Below are positions 20,724 through 31,051 of a DNA stretch of 51,843 nt, one piece after another. Source of the DNA: a candidate division WWE3 bacterium RIFCSPLOWO2_01_FULL_39_13. Lineage in GTDB: Bacteria; Patescibacteriota; WWE3; 2-01-FULL-39-13. The notes beneath the pieces were generated by a model that was not told the DNA's origin, made no database searches, and saw only the letters and a list, made by a program, of their open reading frames with translations. The position numbers were made by a program, and so were the translations under genes. Location: contig MEVH01000022.1 of the NCBI GenBank assembly GCA_001772665.1, positions 1 through 51,843 on the forward strand, in the 5' to 3' direction. Within the stretch, counting starts at the first letter, position 1; each line of letters opens with the position of its first letter.

Positions 20724-21527
20724 CTAAAGGAAAAATATTAAAAAGAAAATTACTCCTAATAAAACAACAGATTCAATATATGTTCTGACAGTAACCCGGT
20801 GATTTAAATAGCTTAGAATAAAATTATTGCTTACATAATAAAACCCAGCCAGCAAAGCAGAACGCCCGATATCCTCATATGGGTATAAAGTCAAAACCCA
20901 TGCAAGCTGTGACAGCAAAAGAACCTCTAATAGGCCGAATGCACTCGCTGCATCTGAATCTTTTTTAGCATCCTCCCCTGCTCTACCGGCAAAAAAGAAC
21001 CATTTGCTTGTTTTTATAAGAAGAAAAAACAATCCTGAAAAAAGAAATATTTTAAATATTAAATCAGTCAAACCCGAGTTAATAAAGAAGATGCTTTTAT
21101 ATACAATCAAGGACATAAAAAACACAGTCACTACTTGGCTGATAGAAACCATAACTTTTGAAGGCTCAAGAAGGGGAATGTTTTCGTCCTGCCTTTCTGA
21201 CACCATATAGACGTTTATTGAAAGCATATACAGATATGAAATCAAAGAAAGAATAAAAATAAAAGCAAGCTTAGAAGACAACCCAAGATTCGGGAAAAAA
21301 TACAATACCATCAGACCTGATATCTCAAAAAGCAAAAAACTCACAAGCTTATGAAGAACTCTCGAGTCCTCGTATAGTTTAATAAATAGATAGGATGTAA
21401 TCGCCAAAGCTGCAATAAAAGTGCCGATTAATATAAAACCGAACTTATAAAAGTCTGTGGCATAAAGGTAAGATGCGCTAAAAGCAATCTTTATTGATAT
21501 AATCAAAAAACCTAGCTTTCTAGACAT
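20724..21527 (-). CDS. Membrane protein of unknown function
   Basis: 267-aa hydrophobic ORF 2 nt downstream of ruvC. Confidence 0.75.
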   Translation of the reverse strand: MSRKLGFLIISIKIAFSASYLYATDFYKFGFILIGTFIAALAITSYLFIKLYEDSRVLHKLVSFLLFEISGLMVLYFFPNLGLSSKLAFIFILSLISYLYMLSINVYMVSERQDENIPLLEPSKVMVSISQVVTVFFMSLIVYKSIFFINSGLTDLIFKIFLFSGLFFLLIKTSKWFFFAGRAGEDAKKDSDAASAFGLLEVLLLSQLAWVLTLYPYEDIGRSALLAGFYYVSNNFILSYLNHRVTVRTYIESVVLLGVIFFLIFFL

Positions 21528-21529
21528 AA

Positions 21530-22012
21530 TCAGCTCTTTGACAAAACTTTTATACCATGGCAGATCGCGATCGCGAGCGCATCAGAAGCATCTATGGGTT
21601 TTATTGTTGTTTTAATATTCAAAAACTCTGCAACCTTTGCCCTAACAACCTCTTTTTCTGATCTGCCATAGCCAGTCAAAACCATTTTAGCCTGCAGGGC
21701 AGTGTACTCAAAAACCGGGATCTTATGCTCCCCCGCTACAAGGAGGATAATTCCCCTCGATTGGCCTACAGTTATTGCAGTTTTTGTGTTTGTATTAAAG
21801 AAAATCTGTTCAACAATCATTACGTCCGGCTTGTGCTTTTGGACAAGGACTTTTGTACTGTTGTATATTCTCCAAAGCCTTTCTGTCATAAGAAGATCTT
21901 TAGAAGTCTTAATCTGTCCGTAATCTATAGAAGTCATTAAACCATCTGAGTCTGCCGAAACAACACCATATCCGGTTGTTGCCGTACCGGGGTCTACTCC
22001 GAAAAGAATCAT
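21530..22012 (-). CDS. ruvC: Holliday junction resolvase RuvC
   Basis: GVDPGTATTGYG, VEQIFF, GQSRG, DASDALAIAICH. Confidence 0.95.
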   Translation of the reverse strand: MILFGVDPGTATTGYGVVSADSDGLMTSIDYGQIKTSKDLLMTERLWRIYNSTKVLVQKHKPDVMIVEQIFFNTNTKTAITVGQSRGIILLVAGEHKIPVFEYTALQAKMVLTGYGRSEKEVVRAKVAEFLNIKTTIKPIDASDALAIAICHGIKVLSKS

Positions 22013-22024
22013 ACAATGATATTA

Positions 22025-22558
22025 CTAGATTTGTGCGTTATGGTATATGACCACAATATCGTCAAGTTCTTCAAGCTGGTCTAAAAGGGATTCAAAATGA
22101 TATTTCGTTTTATCTTCGAGAGGTACTCTAAAAACAGGCCGGTCTGGAGATTTCGCAAAAATATAAGAAACGGCTCCTGCCTCTGCCAAGGAACCGCCGT
22201 TTTTCGTGAAAATGTTCCTGATTTCTGATACTGTACGGTTTTTGTTGTCTGTCAGGCAGTTTATCAAAAAGGCTACCCCTCCCGGACCGTATCCTTCGTA
22301 CTGCGACTCAACTATCTGGACACCCTCAAGCTTTCCAGCTCCGCGCTTAATCGCCCGTTCAATATTCTCCTTCGGCATATTCTGCTCTCTAGCTTTATCC
22401 ACGAAAGTTCTTAAAGTCGGGTTAGCTGAAATGTCATCCCCTCCTTCGCGTGTGGCGATTATAATTTCCCTTGCAAGTTTTGAAAACACCTTACCGCGCT
22501 GAGCATCCAGTGCTCCTTTTTTCCTTTTAATAGTGGACCATTTTGAGTGTCCTGACAT
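22025..22558 (-). CDS. yebC: YebC/PmpR family protein (short form)
   Basis: [29 protein letters not shown]; adjacent to ruvC as is usual. Confidence 0.93.
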   Translation of the reverse strand: MSGHSKWSTIKRKKGALDAQRGKVFSKLAREIIIATREGGDDISANPTLRTFVDKAREQNMPKENIERAIKRGAGKLEGVQIVESQYEGYGPGGVAFLINCLTDNKNRTVSEIRNIFTKNGGSLAEAGAVSYIFAKSPDRPVFRVPLEDKTKYHFESLLDQLEELDDIVVIYHNAQI

Positions 22559-22570
22559 GAATCAATTATA

Positions 22571-23677
22571 TCAGAAACTGGTTAATACAATGGATACCGG
22601 TGTTCGAAAAAACTGCTGATTATAACCAAGATTCTGATCGAGGTCATTGACGTGTATTACTTTCTTAATTCTCAGCGTCTCGGCAAGACGGACTACAGTA
22701 ACCTGTTCAGGATCTTTCGCCACGACTGTGTTTTCTAAGAAATCTACAAAGGAGTTGTCTGTTTCAAGCACCGCGCCTCCGAGGTTTAGAACAACACGAG
22801 CCCCCCACTGGGCAAGGCCAGGCACTTTCGGATCCTTCGAGGCATTAACAATAAAAACCTTTACAGCTTCTTTCTTTACTTCTGAAATACTCAGCCTCTC
22901 GCGCCACAAATTATCCCATTTGCTGGGATCAAGAAGCTGATATTTTGTAAGATCCATCACATAAGAGGATGACTGAGACGTTCTTTTAACAAACTTTATT
23001 ATGTCAGCAATATCTGCTGCCTTCAGATTGGTCAGGGCAATTTCGCGAAAAGTAATTATCAGCTTTGGGATCTTAAATGTATTTCTCAAACGCAAAGCAG
23101 TTGAAAGGTCTGTTTCATCTATGTCTCTAATAATTTCATATATTTCCGCCATTCCAGTGTTGTCTGCAATTATGTATCCATCGACATCCACCGCCAAAAG
23201 CCGAAGGATCGTCTTTCTCATCAAATAAATCCCGCGGTCATCGTCAAGATTTCCGGTTTTATATATGTCAGACAGCGGTCCTTCTCCGTAATTCAATGCA
23301 TATTCTATCGGAACGTCAACCGGAATATGATATACCGCATATCTGTTTGTATCTGGGCTGAAGTTTATAAGTGAAAGTTTTACAATCCTAGATGATTTGT
23401 CATTAATATCGTCAACCTTTATAAGAAGGATATTTGTCTCATAAGATTTCCACACCCTTCCGGTGTCATCTATATCAACATTTGCTACACTGGAAAAAGG
23501 AGCTTTGACAAATTTATAAATTAAAACGGCAGATAAAATCAGGGAGGTAAATAAAATTGAAACGAGACTCAATGCCACTATCCTTGCTTTACGTTTGGTA
23601 TTAGGATATCTGCGCTTTATTTTTTTATTTACTTTTCTCTGTAGACGTGTATAGCCCGCCGTCCCTCTTTTAGGCAT
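22571..23677 (-). CDS. LCP (LytR-CpsA-Psr)-like protein with LytR C-terminal domain
   Basis: Basic N-tail, one TM helix, NILL...HIPVD...VDGYI core, C-terminal VFIVNAS..PGLA. Confidence 0.6.
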   Translation of the reverse strand: MPKRGTAGYTRLQRKVNKKIKRRYPNTKRKARIVALSLVSILFTSLILSAVLIYKFVKAPFSSVANVDIDDTGRVWKSYETNILLIKVDDINDKSSRIVKLSLINFSPDTNRYAVYHIPVDVPIEYALNYGEGPLSDIYKTGNLDDDRGIYLMRKTILRLLAVDVDGYIIADNTGMAEIYEIIRDIDETDLSTALRLRNTFKIPKLIITFREIALTNLKAADIADIIKFVKRTSQSSSYVMDLTKYQLLDPSKWDNLWRERLSISEVKKEAVKVFIVNASKDPKVPGLAQWGARVVLNLGGAVLETDNSFVDFLENTVVAKDPEQVTVVRLAETLRIKKVIHVNDLDQNLGYNQQFFRTPVSIVLTSF

Positions 23678-23746
23678 TTTTATATAAAAGCCCTGCCCGT
23701 TTAACCTTTTCTAACATCATATCAGAATATAACTGATATGGACAAT

Positions 23747-23941
23747 ATCAACTACCGCGAGCTTACCATGCCAGAGGCAGGCACAGCGCACGCGGTATGC
23801 TGTAGCGTCGCTTCGTTCCTTGCATTCCCACCTTCGGTGGAAAAGTAGCGTCACTTCGTTCCTTGCATTCCCACCTTCGGTGGAAAAGTAATGCTCGCTT
23901 TGCGAGTTTTATGGCTCAAATCCTCCTGAGGCGGACGAGGA
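23747..23941 (+). repeat. Dispersed repeat family copy 1 (two 43-bp internal units)
   Basis: ATCAACTACCGCGAGCTTAC...CACGCGGTATGCTGTA head shared with 34204 and 38322; tail ATGCTCGCTT..GAGTTTTATGG.TCAAATCC shared with 34204. Confidence 0.9.
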
Positions 23942-23980
23942 CGCAAGTTGGCAGAATCCATAAGAAAATCGTCTTCCCTA

Positions 23981-25684
23981 TCAACGATCTTTTCTAATAG
24001 CCGGATGCTCATGCCCCAAATATTCCCTTTCAGTCAAAGTTTTCAGCTGGTTCTCTTTCTCGTGTTCGAACTTCATTCGATCGAATTTATAGCGCATTAC
24101 CATATTAGAAGCATATTTTCCCCCGAGGAAATGAGGCATAATAACGTAATCAGCTCCACTTTTGTAAAGTCTCTTGGCGTCATATATATTGTGGGCAACA
24201 ACCAGAACAATTGCTTTTAACTTGTCCTTTCGTACAATTTCTAAAATAAAATCATTTGTCTCAAAGTCAGGGATTGTCGAAACAATCATTTTGACATCAA
24301 TCAAATTTAGTTCTTCAAGCAAGTCCACATCCCCTGCATCGCCATATCTGCATAATACTCCTTGATTTTCCAACTGCTCTATTACAACTGGGTTGAAATC
24401 CACGACTAGATATTCTACTTTTAATTCTTTAAATATAGAAACAAAATCGAATCCTATGCGGTTGTAGCCAAAGAGTATTACGTCGTAATTTCTGATACTC
24501 GGCACCCCATCCTCCTTCTTGTCTCTCAAAAATTTGAATACACCCGAAAGATAACGGTAAAGCCCATCTGAATATAAAATCATGTAAGAAGAAAGCGTGA
24601 TTGTAAATAACCCAACAAGAGTGATAATCGATATAATATCTCCGCTTATATGCCCCTGTTTGTGCCCCATCGCAATCATTAGCAGAGAAAATTCGCTGAT
24701 TTGAGCCATAGTTACCGCAGTAAGAAATGACACTCTCTTTTTATAACCAAGTTTTTTCATTACCAGCAGAACTATTACCGGCTTTGCAATCAAAATAAAT
24801 ATAGTAAATATCGTGGCAGCCAAAAGATATTTTTCAACATAACCGATATTTAACTGAAGCCCAAGAAGAATAAAAAACATAATCAAGAAGAAATCTCTGA
24901 GAGGCCTAAGTTTAGCGGACATTTCGTAATGGTATGGAAAAAGCGATAAAGTTACACCAGCAAAAAGTGCACCTATCTCAATTGAAAATCCTAAAACCGC
25001 GAAAAGAGAGGCAACCCCCATTCCCCAGGCTATTGAGAAAAGGAAAAGATATTCTTGAGATCTGGCAAAAAACAAAGCAACTTTAGGAAGGATAAATCTT
25101 GCAAAAATGTAAAAGACAGCAATCATAACTGCCCCGCGGACTATCATACCAAGAGCGATTTCAGATATACTTCCGTTTCGCGAGGTGGAAGTGATGCCAA
25201 TAAGAATTATTGTTACAATAACGTCCTGTACAAGGAGTATTCCCATTGAAATTTTCGCGTGGAGTTTTTCAATGTCTCCCTTGTCAGATAATAGTTTTAA
25301 AATAATGATAGTACTGCTGAATGTAAATGCTATACCGAGATAGATTGACTCAATCCACGAGAAATTAAAAACTCTAACAAGTACTATTCCAATAGCAGCA
25401 GTAAAAATTATCTGCAAGAACCCTGCGATAAGAGATACTTTGCCGACCTCTCGGACAACTTTAAGGCTTAGGCTCAAGCCAATGATAAACAGTAAAAGAG
25501 CAACTCCAAAATCAGAAAAAACCTGCAGAGACGACGGTGTTTTTATGATATTTAAAACTGACGGGCCGACCAAGAGTCCAGTTAATATATAGGCAATAAT
25601 AACCGGTTGTTTCGCTATTCGTATTGCTGCCGAAAAGACCGCTGCTACAGCAAGAACAAGACTTATTTCAACGAAAGTATCCAT
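23981..25684 (-). CDS. Cation:proton antiporter (CPA2/Kef-like) with TrkA-N domain
   Basis: LLLFIIGL, FSSTIII, LLVQD, AQISEFS, cytoplasmic LFGYNRIG...YGDA. Confidence 0.92.
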   Translation of the reverse strand: MDTFVEISLVLAVAAVFSAAIRIAKQPVIIAYILTGLLVGPSVLNIIKTPSSLQVFSDFGVALLLFIIGLSLSLKVVREVGKVSLIAGFLQIIFTAAIGIVLVRVFNFSWIESIYLGIAFTFSSTIIILKLLSDKGDIEKLHAKISMGILLVQDVIVTIILIGITSTSRNGSISEIALGMIVRGAVMIAVFYIFARFILPKVALFFARSQEYLFLFSIAWGMGVASLFAVLGFSIEIGALFAGVTLSLFPYHYEMSAKLRPLRDFFLIMFFILLGLQLNIGYVEKYLLAATIFTIFILIAKPVIVLLVMKKLGYKKRVSFLTAVTMAQISEFSLLMIAMGHKQGHISGDIISIITLVGLFTITLSSYMILYSDGLYRYLSGVFKFLRDKKEDGVPSIRNYDVILFGYNRIGFDFVSIFKELKVEYLVVDFNPVVIEQLENQGVLCRYGDAGDVDLLEELNLIDVKMIVSTIPDFETNDFILEIVRKDKLKAIVLVVAHNIYDAKRLYKSGADYVIMPHFLGGKYASNMVMRYKFDRMKFEHEKENQLKTLTEREYLGHEHPAIRKDR

Positions 25685-25706
25685 AATAAATCCTGTCCTT
25701 TAGAAA

Positions 25707-26552
25707 TCAGCGCTTTAAATTTCCAGCTTCAGTCGCCACAGGGCGACTTCTTAGGCCATCGCAGGTGGCCGATTTCTCTAAAAAGTCTAGCATATTTTGC
25801 ATATCTACGGGGATTTCAGATTTTATATCCATTCTTCTGCCGTCTGCTGGATGGTTGAATTTAAGCCTCATAGCGTGAAGATACTGCCTTTTGTACATTT
25901 CCTTGTTTTTTAAGGATCTTACTCTTCCAGAATATATTTTATCGCCTATCACAGGATGGCTAAGCGCTGTTAGATGAACTCTGATCTGATGAGTTCTGCC
26001 CGATTTAGGAATACATTCGACCAGCGCAAACTGGCTTGAGAAATCAATAAAATAATTATGTATTACTTTTATTTCAGTTACAGCGGTTCTTCCATTCTCT
26101 ACTACGGCAAATCTTTCGCGATTTTTAGGGTTGCGTCCGATAGGAGCATCTATCTCAATCACTCCCCCGTCTGGAACATCCACAAAAATTCCATAGACAA
26201 TCGCTGTGTAAGTTTTTTCTACTGTACGGGTTTTGAATTGCTCCTGCAGGGCTTTAAAAGTATTAGCGTCTTTGGCAATTAGAATTATTCCTGATGTTTC
26301 CTTATCAAGCCGGTGAACCAAACCAAGACGGCTCATAAATTCTTTCTCTTTGGTTTCTATTTTAATAACATTCGACTTTTCTATCCAGTCCTGAAGTGTA
26401 AATCCGTTATAAGTGTCTGAACGGTTTACCACCATCCCAGCAGGCTTCAGAACAGCAAGAAGAAAATCGTCCTCATAAAGGATTTTAACTGAAACAACTT
26501 CAGGGGATATATGCGGGCTCACCGCTTTCTCTTTTCGATGATTTCTTTGCAT
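25707..26552 (-). CDS. RluA-family RNA pseudouridine synthase
   Basis: KPAGMVV, VHRLDKETSG, SGRTHQIRVH, GDKIY, YLHA; exact start uncertain. Confidence 0.93.
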   Translation of the reverse strand: MQRNHRKEKAVSPHISPEVVSVKILYEDDFLLAVLKPAGMVVNRSDTYNGFTLQDWIEKSNVIKIETKEKEFMSRLGLVHRLDKETSGIILIAKDANTFKALQEQFKTRTVEKTYTAIVYGIFVDVPDGGVIEIDAPIGRNPKNRERFAVVENGRTAVTEIKVIHNYFIDFSSQFALVECIPKSGRTHQIRVHLTALSHPVIGDKIYSGRVRSLKNKEMYKRQYLHAMRLKFNHPADGRRMDIKSEIPVDMQNMLDFLEKSATCDGLRSRPVATEAGNLKR

Positions 26553-27586
26553 TTAATGCAGTATCTTGCAGTTGGGTACGCAACAAGCCTTGGCACACTA
26601 ATCTTATTTCCACAGTTTTCACAAGTGCCGTATTTTTTGTTTTTTATACGCGACAGGGCACCTAATATTTCCTGCCTGGATTTTTTGAGTTCTGTCAAAA
26701 TAACACTGGTATTCTGGTGCTCAAGCAAATCGTCAGCTTCTTCTTCTGGCGAATCGACATTTCGAAACCCGTCATCTTTATATTCCTGAATAAATGGATC
26801 CTTTTCTGCCAGCCTTTCGGCTTCTTTTTCTACTTCCTTGCTGCTTTTAATTAACTTATCCTTTATTCTTTTAACAAAATTACTATCTAATGATGCTTTG
26901 AAATTCATATTGGATTTTTTTTGGCCTGTATGTCTTTTAATAAAAATAAAGGACCCGGCTAGAACAGACAAATAAAACACTAATTGAAAATACCAGAACC
27001 ATGAAGAAAGATTCACATAAACAAGCAGAAAAAGGATAGCAATTAGGCTCGAACCGGTCAAGTACACCGCAAGAAGGCCTCCTGTAAAAATCGGCCTGTT
27101 TGCCCGCTTTAAAATGAGAAACTGGGCACTGTTTCCCATATATTTTCTGTATTTCAGAAACCTTATTATAAGGTACAAAAGCGCAAATCCTGCAAATATA
27201 AGCAAATGGGAAAGCTGTCTCACCCAAAGCCAAAAGCCCAAAAAGAAAATACATTGAAAAATTGCGAGCCCGGGGGCAATCATATCACCTACTTTAAGAG
27301 CTTCCCATTTATTCCGCCTTATAAGCAAATATGCGAAGACAGCACCTCCAACAAGAACCCCTTCTAATATCAGCGAAGAGGACAAAATTTCATATCTGAA
27401 GTAATTGAGGCTTATTGGTCTGAACAAGAGCTTGCCTCCGAGGAGGCCTCCTAAAATAATAATCAAAAAAGAGTCTATAATTTTGTCGGTGCTGAAGCCT
27501 TCAGCTGTTGCATCCTTCCAGTACACGAAGGCAAAAGTAATAAATGCAAGTATAGTGAAGAAAATCGTAAGCTGGCCTAGATTCAT
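26519..27586 (-). CDS. Lgt-like membrane domain fused to DksA/TraR C4 zinc-finger domain
   Basis: N-part GGLLGGKLLF..GVLVGG..GDMIAPGLAI resembles prolipoprotein diacylglyceryl transferase; C-part coiled coil plus YGTCENC-x17-CIKC. Confidence 0.75.
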   Translation of the reverse strand: MNLGQLTIFFTILAFITFAFVYWKDATAEGFSTDKIIDSFLIIILGGLLGGKLLFRPISLNYFRYEILSSSLILEGVLVGGAVFAYLLIRRNKWEALKVGDMIAPGLAIFQCIFFLGFWLWVRQLSHLLIFAGFALLYLIIRFLKYRKYMGNSAQFLILKRANRPIFTGGLLAVYLTGSSLIAILFLLVYVNLSSWFWYFQLVFYLSVLAGSFIFIKRHTGQKKSNMNFKASLDSNFVKRIKDKLIKSSKEVEKEAERLAEKDPFIQEYKDDGFRNVDSPEEEADDLLEHQNTSVILTELKKSRQEILGALSRIKNKKYGTCENCGNKISVPRLVAYPTARYCIKCKEIIEKRKR

Positions 27587-27671
27587 ATGATTTCCGCTTT
27601 CTGGTAGACATTATACCCGTATTTTCGCTCATCCGCATTCGAAACTGGAGTCAAGTACACAAAGCGGACTT

Positions 27672-28997
27672 CTAGAATGGTCGGTTCACGGTAGTTGATC
27701 TATGGTCTGCATGCCTGGGTTTTACTACTGCATAGGCCATCAGCATAAGTAATGCTATCGCAAATATTATTTTGTTGATTCCAAAGACATCGGCTAGATG
27801 TCCGGCAAGAAGAATTGGCAGGAAAGCAGCAATTGTGACGCCGGTCTGCAGAACTCCGTATATCCTTCCCCTCATTTTTTCTTCTGTTTTAGACTGAAGG
27901 CGTGTATTGTTAACAATAATAATAAATGCATTAAACAATCCGGCGCATCCCATAAAAAGGATACTGAAAAATAAAAGATCTACCCCAAGAAATGTATTGT
28001 AAGCAAATGGGAGGTTTTTAGAAATCTGGATATTGCGAGAAAACATTTCAAACCCAACTCTATGTATAACAGATAGCATAGCAAGGGAGATAAAACCTCC
28101 TATGAAGCCGATGTTAACAATCTTGTCGCGGTTCAATTTTTTGCCGAAGCGATTAAGATATATTGATCCAATGACCATTCCCACTGCAACTGGGGCAACA
28201 AGATAGAGACTTGTCTGTTCAACTTTAAGTCCCAAAACCTCTACAGCGTATCCGGGCAGAAGGGTCAATAATGTACCCGTTAATACCTGAGAAAGCGCGA
28301 GATAATAAATCGGGAGTTTTACATTATTGTGTCTTTTTATATAAGAGATTCCTTTTTTAAACTCCAAGATTACCTGGTCAGAAAGCTTTGACAAATTGAG
28401 CTTGATTTTTTCGCTGGGCGGAAAATTAATAGTATATACTAGGTATGCCGAAATCAGAAATAGGATGGTCAAAAAAACGATTGTAAAATTAAATTGCAGC
28501 ATCTCAAGAAGAAATCCGGCCGAGACAAATCCAATAATCTGAGCAATGAAATAAGTCATAGAATAGATTGAATTTGCCGAAAGCAAATCTCCCCTTTTGA
28601 CTATCAGAGGAATTGCAGAAGCTTCTGCAGGGAAAAAAAACTGGGTAATAGAATTGAGAATAAAAGCCAGTGCAACGGTAACCAGTAGATTGTTTGTTGC
28701 AAACAAAAGAATCAGTATAAAAAGAGCCCTTAAAATTATTGACCATACCAGCGTTTTTTTGTTATCAAGATAATCAACAATTACACCAGCCGGAGCTCCA
28801 AATATCAGCGCGGCGACGCCAAAGCTTATAATTACATACGAAACTGCTCCATTGCTTTTGGTTGCGTTGTAAGCCGATATCGCTAAAACAAAAGTTAAAA
28901 TATTAACTGAAGACTGGGACAATATCTGGGCTAACCAAAGCTTTAGAAAATTTTTGTTGACAAAAACCGAAAGAAATATCTTTTTTACTGCGGTCAT
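27672..28997 (-). CDS. MFS transporter
   Basis: About 12 TM segments, NFLKLWLAQ, GVIVDYLDNKK motif A variant, MRGRIYG. Confidence 0.9.
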   Translation of the reverse strand: MTAVKKIFLSVFVNKNFLKLWLAQILSQSSVNILTFVLAISAYNATKSNGAVSYVIISFGVAALIFGAPAGVIVDYLDNKKTLVWSIILRALFILILLFATNNLLVTVALAFILNSITQFFFPAEASAIPLIVKRGDLLSANSIYSMTYFIAQIIGFVSAGFLLEMLQFNFTIVFLTILFLISAYLVYTINFPPSEKIKLNLSKLSDQVILEFKKGISYIKRHNNVKLPIYYLALSQVLTGTLLTLLPGYAVEVLGLKVEQTSLYLVAPVAVGMVIGSIYLNRFGKKLNRDKIVNIGFIGGFISLAMLSVIHRVGFEMFSRNIQISKNLPFAYNTFLGVDLLFFSILFMGCAGLFNAFIIIVNNTRLQSKTEEKMRGRIYGVLQTGVTIAAFLPILLAGHLADVFGINKIIFAIALLMLMAYAVVKPRHADHRSTTVNRPF

Positions 28998-29560
28998 CTT
29001 TGGGTGCCTCTGCCTGAATAATCTCCTGTTGAGGTGTTTATTTTCACTATTTCTCCGGCTTTAATAAATGAAGGGACTTCAACTTTTAATCCATTTTCAA
29101 GGACTGCTGCTGCAGTAACCTGGCCGGAGGTGTTTCCCCGAACAGCAGGAGGAACCTCAGCAACCTTGAGAAAAATGCTAGCAGGAAGAATCAAAGAAAT
29201 GATATTCCCTTCAAAGTAAACGACCTGGTAGTCTTTCCCTTCTTGGAGAAATTTTGATTCGTGCTCAATGATAGAAACATTAACTTCAGTTTCGGTATAT
29301 TCTTGCATGTCCATAAAATGAAGCTTCTCGCCGTCGTTATAAAGGAACTGGAGATTGCGGTTTTCAAGGTCAGCTTCTTCGAGGCGGTCGCCGTTATTAA
29401 AAGACAGCTCTTTTATTGCCCCGCTTTCAAGATTCTGAACCTTTACTTTGATTGTCGCACCACCGCGGGCTGTTTTTATGTGCTCGTAATTTAAAACCTT
29501 ATATGGATTGTTGCTGTGGACAAAAAGAGTCCCGTTTCGAAGTTCATTTACGTTAATCAT
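28994..29560 (-). CDS. efp: Translation elongation factor P
   Basis: ELRNG, LQFLYNDG..HFMD, VRGNT, VPSFIKAGE. Confidence 0.93.
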   Translation of the reverse strand: MINVNELRNGTLFVHSNNPYKVLNYEHIKTARGGATIKVKVQNLESGAIKELSFNNGDRLEEADLENRNLQFLYNDGEKLHFMDMQEYTETEVNVSIIEHESKFLQEGKDYQVVYFEGNIISLILPASIFLKVAEVPPAVRGNTSGQVTAAAVLENGLKVEVPSFIKAGEIVKINTSTGDYSGRGTQR

Positions 29561-29629
29561 ATTGTGGCAAAACTAAATATGCAGCCAGTGCCAGGTATTG
29601 TCAAGAAGATGGGAGGCTGTCCCCAGAGG

Positions 29630-30949
29630 CTATCCTCCTTTATCTTCTGATTTAGCCTGCTCATAAAATCTTGTTCTTTCGCCGATAAAATGGAGGGGGA
29701 TTGTTCCTGTTGGACCGTTTCGATGCTTAGCTATTGTCAGCATAACTTCACTGTGATTTTCTTCGTCGGGGCGGTAAAGAAAAATAACTACGTCGGCGTC
29801 CTGCTCAATGCTTCCACTTTCTCTTAGATCGCTTAGCTGGGGGACGCGTGTTCCCCTCTGCTCGACAGAACGGTTTAACTGCGCGGCAGCAACCACAGGG
29901 ATAGTCAATTCTTTTGCCAGAGCTTTTAAGCCCCACGAAATTTCTGTTACTTCCTGAACTCTATTTTCCTGGTTGCTGCCGCGCATAAGCTGCAAATAGT
30001 CAATGAGTATCATCTTTACTCCCTTTTCTGACTGAAGCCTTCGAGCTTTTGTCCTAAGCTCCATAATCGAAAGGCTTGGAGTATCGTCAATATAAACCGG
30101 AGCGTCTGCCAAAATCCCTGCAGCTTCACCATAGGCTGCAAGCTCACTGTCGCTTAGCCTCCCGCTTGTTATCTTAAAGCTGTCTATATTTGCCTGTGAG
30201 GCCACCATTCTAATGGCAAGTTCATCACTGCTCATTTCAAGAGAAAATATTCCAATAGGAACATTGTTATTAACAGCTGCAAATTGAGCCATGTTTAAAA
30301 GAAGTGACGATTTCCCGACAGATGGACGGGCAGCAATAATTATGAGGTTCGAAGGACGAAACCCGCTCAATTTAGAATCGAGCGACTTAAACCCGGTTGC
30401 AATTCCTCTAAGCTGGCCTTTATTCTTGTAAAGCTCATCAAGTACATCAAAGCTTTTTTCTAGGGTTTGTCTCAGAGAAACAAATTCTCCGCGCAGGTGC
30501 TGTTCAGAAATGCCGAAAAGCTTCTGCTCTGCACTGTCCAGTAAATTTTCTACCCGATCATTTTCCCGAAATCCCAGATCATTCAGCTCTGAGGCAACTC
30601 TTATAAGACTCCTTCGGATATATGCATCCCGAACAAGCTTTCCATGGCTCTCAACATTTCCGGCACTTGGGGTATCATTTATAAGATCACTGATATAGGA
30701 TACTCCTCCTACTTTCTCAAGAGTTTTTTTCTTCCGCAGACGATCTGGAAGAGTAACGACATCAATCGGCTCCCTGCCTTCGAAAAGCTCAAGCATTACT
30801 TCAAAAATCATGCCGTGCTTGTCTGCATAAAAATGCTCGGGCATCAAAAACTCGGCGATTTTTACAATTGCATCTTTATCTATTAAGATCGCTCCCAAAA
30901 CAGCTTTTTCTGCATCAACATTTTGAGGTTGAATTTTTACGTCTGCCAT
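29630..30949 (-). CDS. dnaB: Replicative DNA helicase
   Basis: AEKAVLG, AARPSVGKS, FSLEMS, IDYLQLM, SDLRESGSIEQDAD, KHRNGPTG. Confidence 0.97.
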   Translation of the reverse strand: MADVKIQPQNVDAEKAVLGAILIDKDAIVKIAEFLMPEHFYADKHGMIFEVMLELFEGREPIDVVTLPDRLRKKKTLEKVGGVSYISDLINDTPSAGNVESHGKLVRDAYIRRSLIRVASELNDLGFRENDRVENLLDSAEQKLFGISEQHLRGEFVSLRQTLEKSFDVLDELYKNKGQLRGIATGFKSLDSKLSGFRPSNLIIIAARPSVGKSSLLLNMAQFAAVNNNVPIGIFSLEMSSDELAIRMVASQANIDSFKITSGRLSDSELAAYGEAAGILADAPVYIDDTPSLSIMELRTKARRLQSEKGVKMILIDYLQLMRGSNQENRVQEVTEISWGLKALAKELTIPVVAAAQLNRSVEQRGTRVPQLSDLRESGSIEQDADVVIFLYRPDEENHSEVMLTIAKHRNGPTGTIPLHFIGERTRFYEQAKSEDKGG

Positions 30950-31051
30950 AATTCTATCTGCATTATATCTTATTAGAGAAGTTAAAAAAGGACGAAACCG
31001 CTCCTATAGTCCAACTAATACAAACACTGGAGGATCCCTTTACTGCACAGC

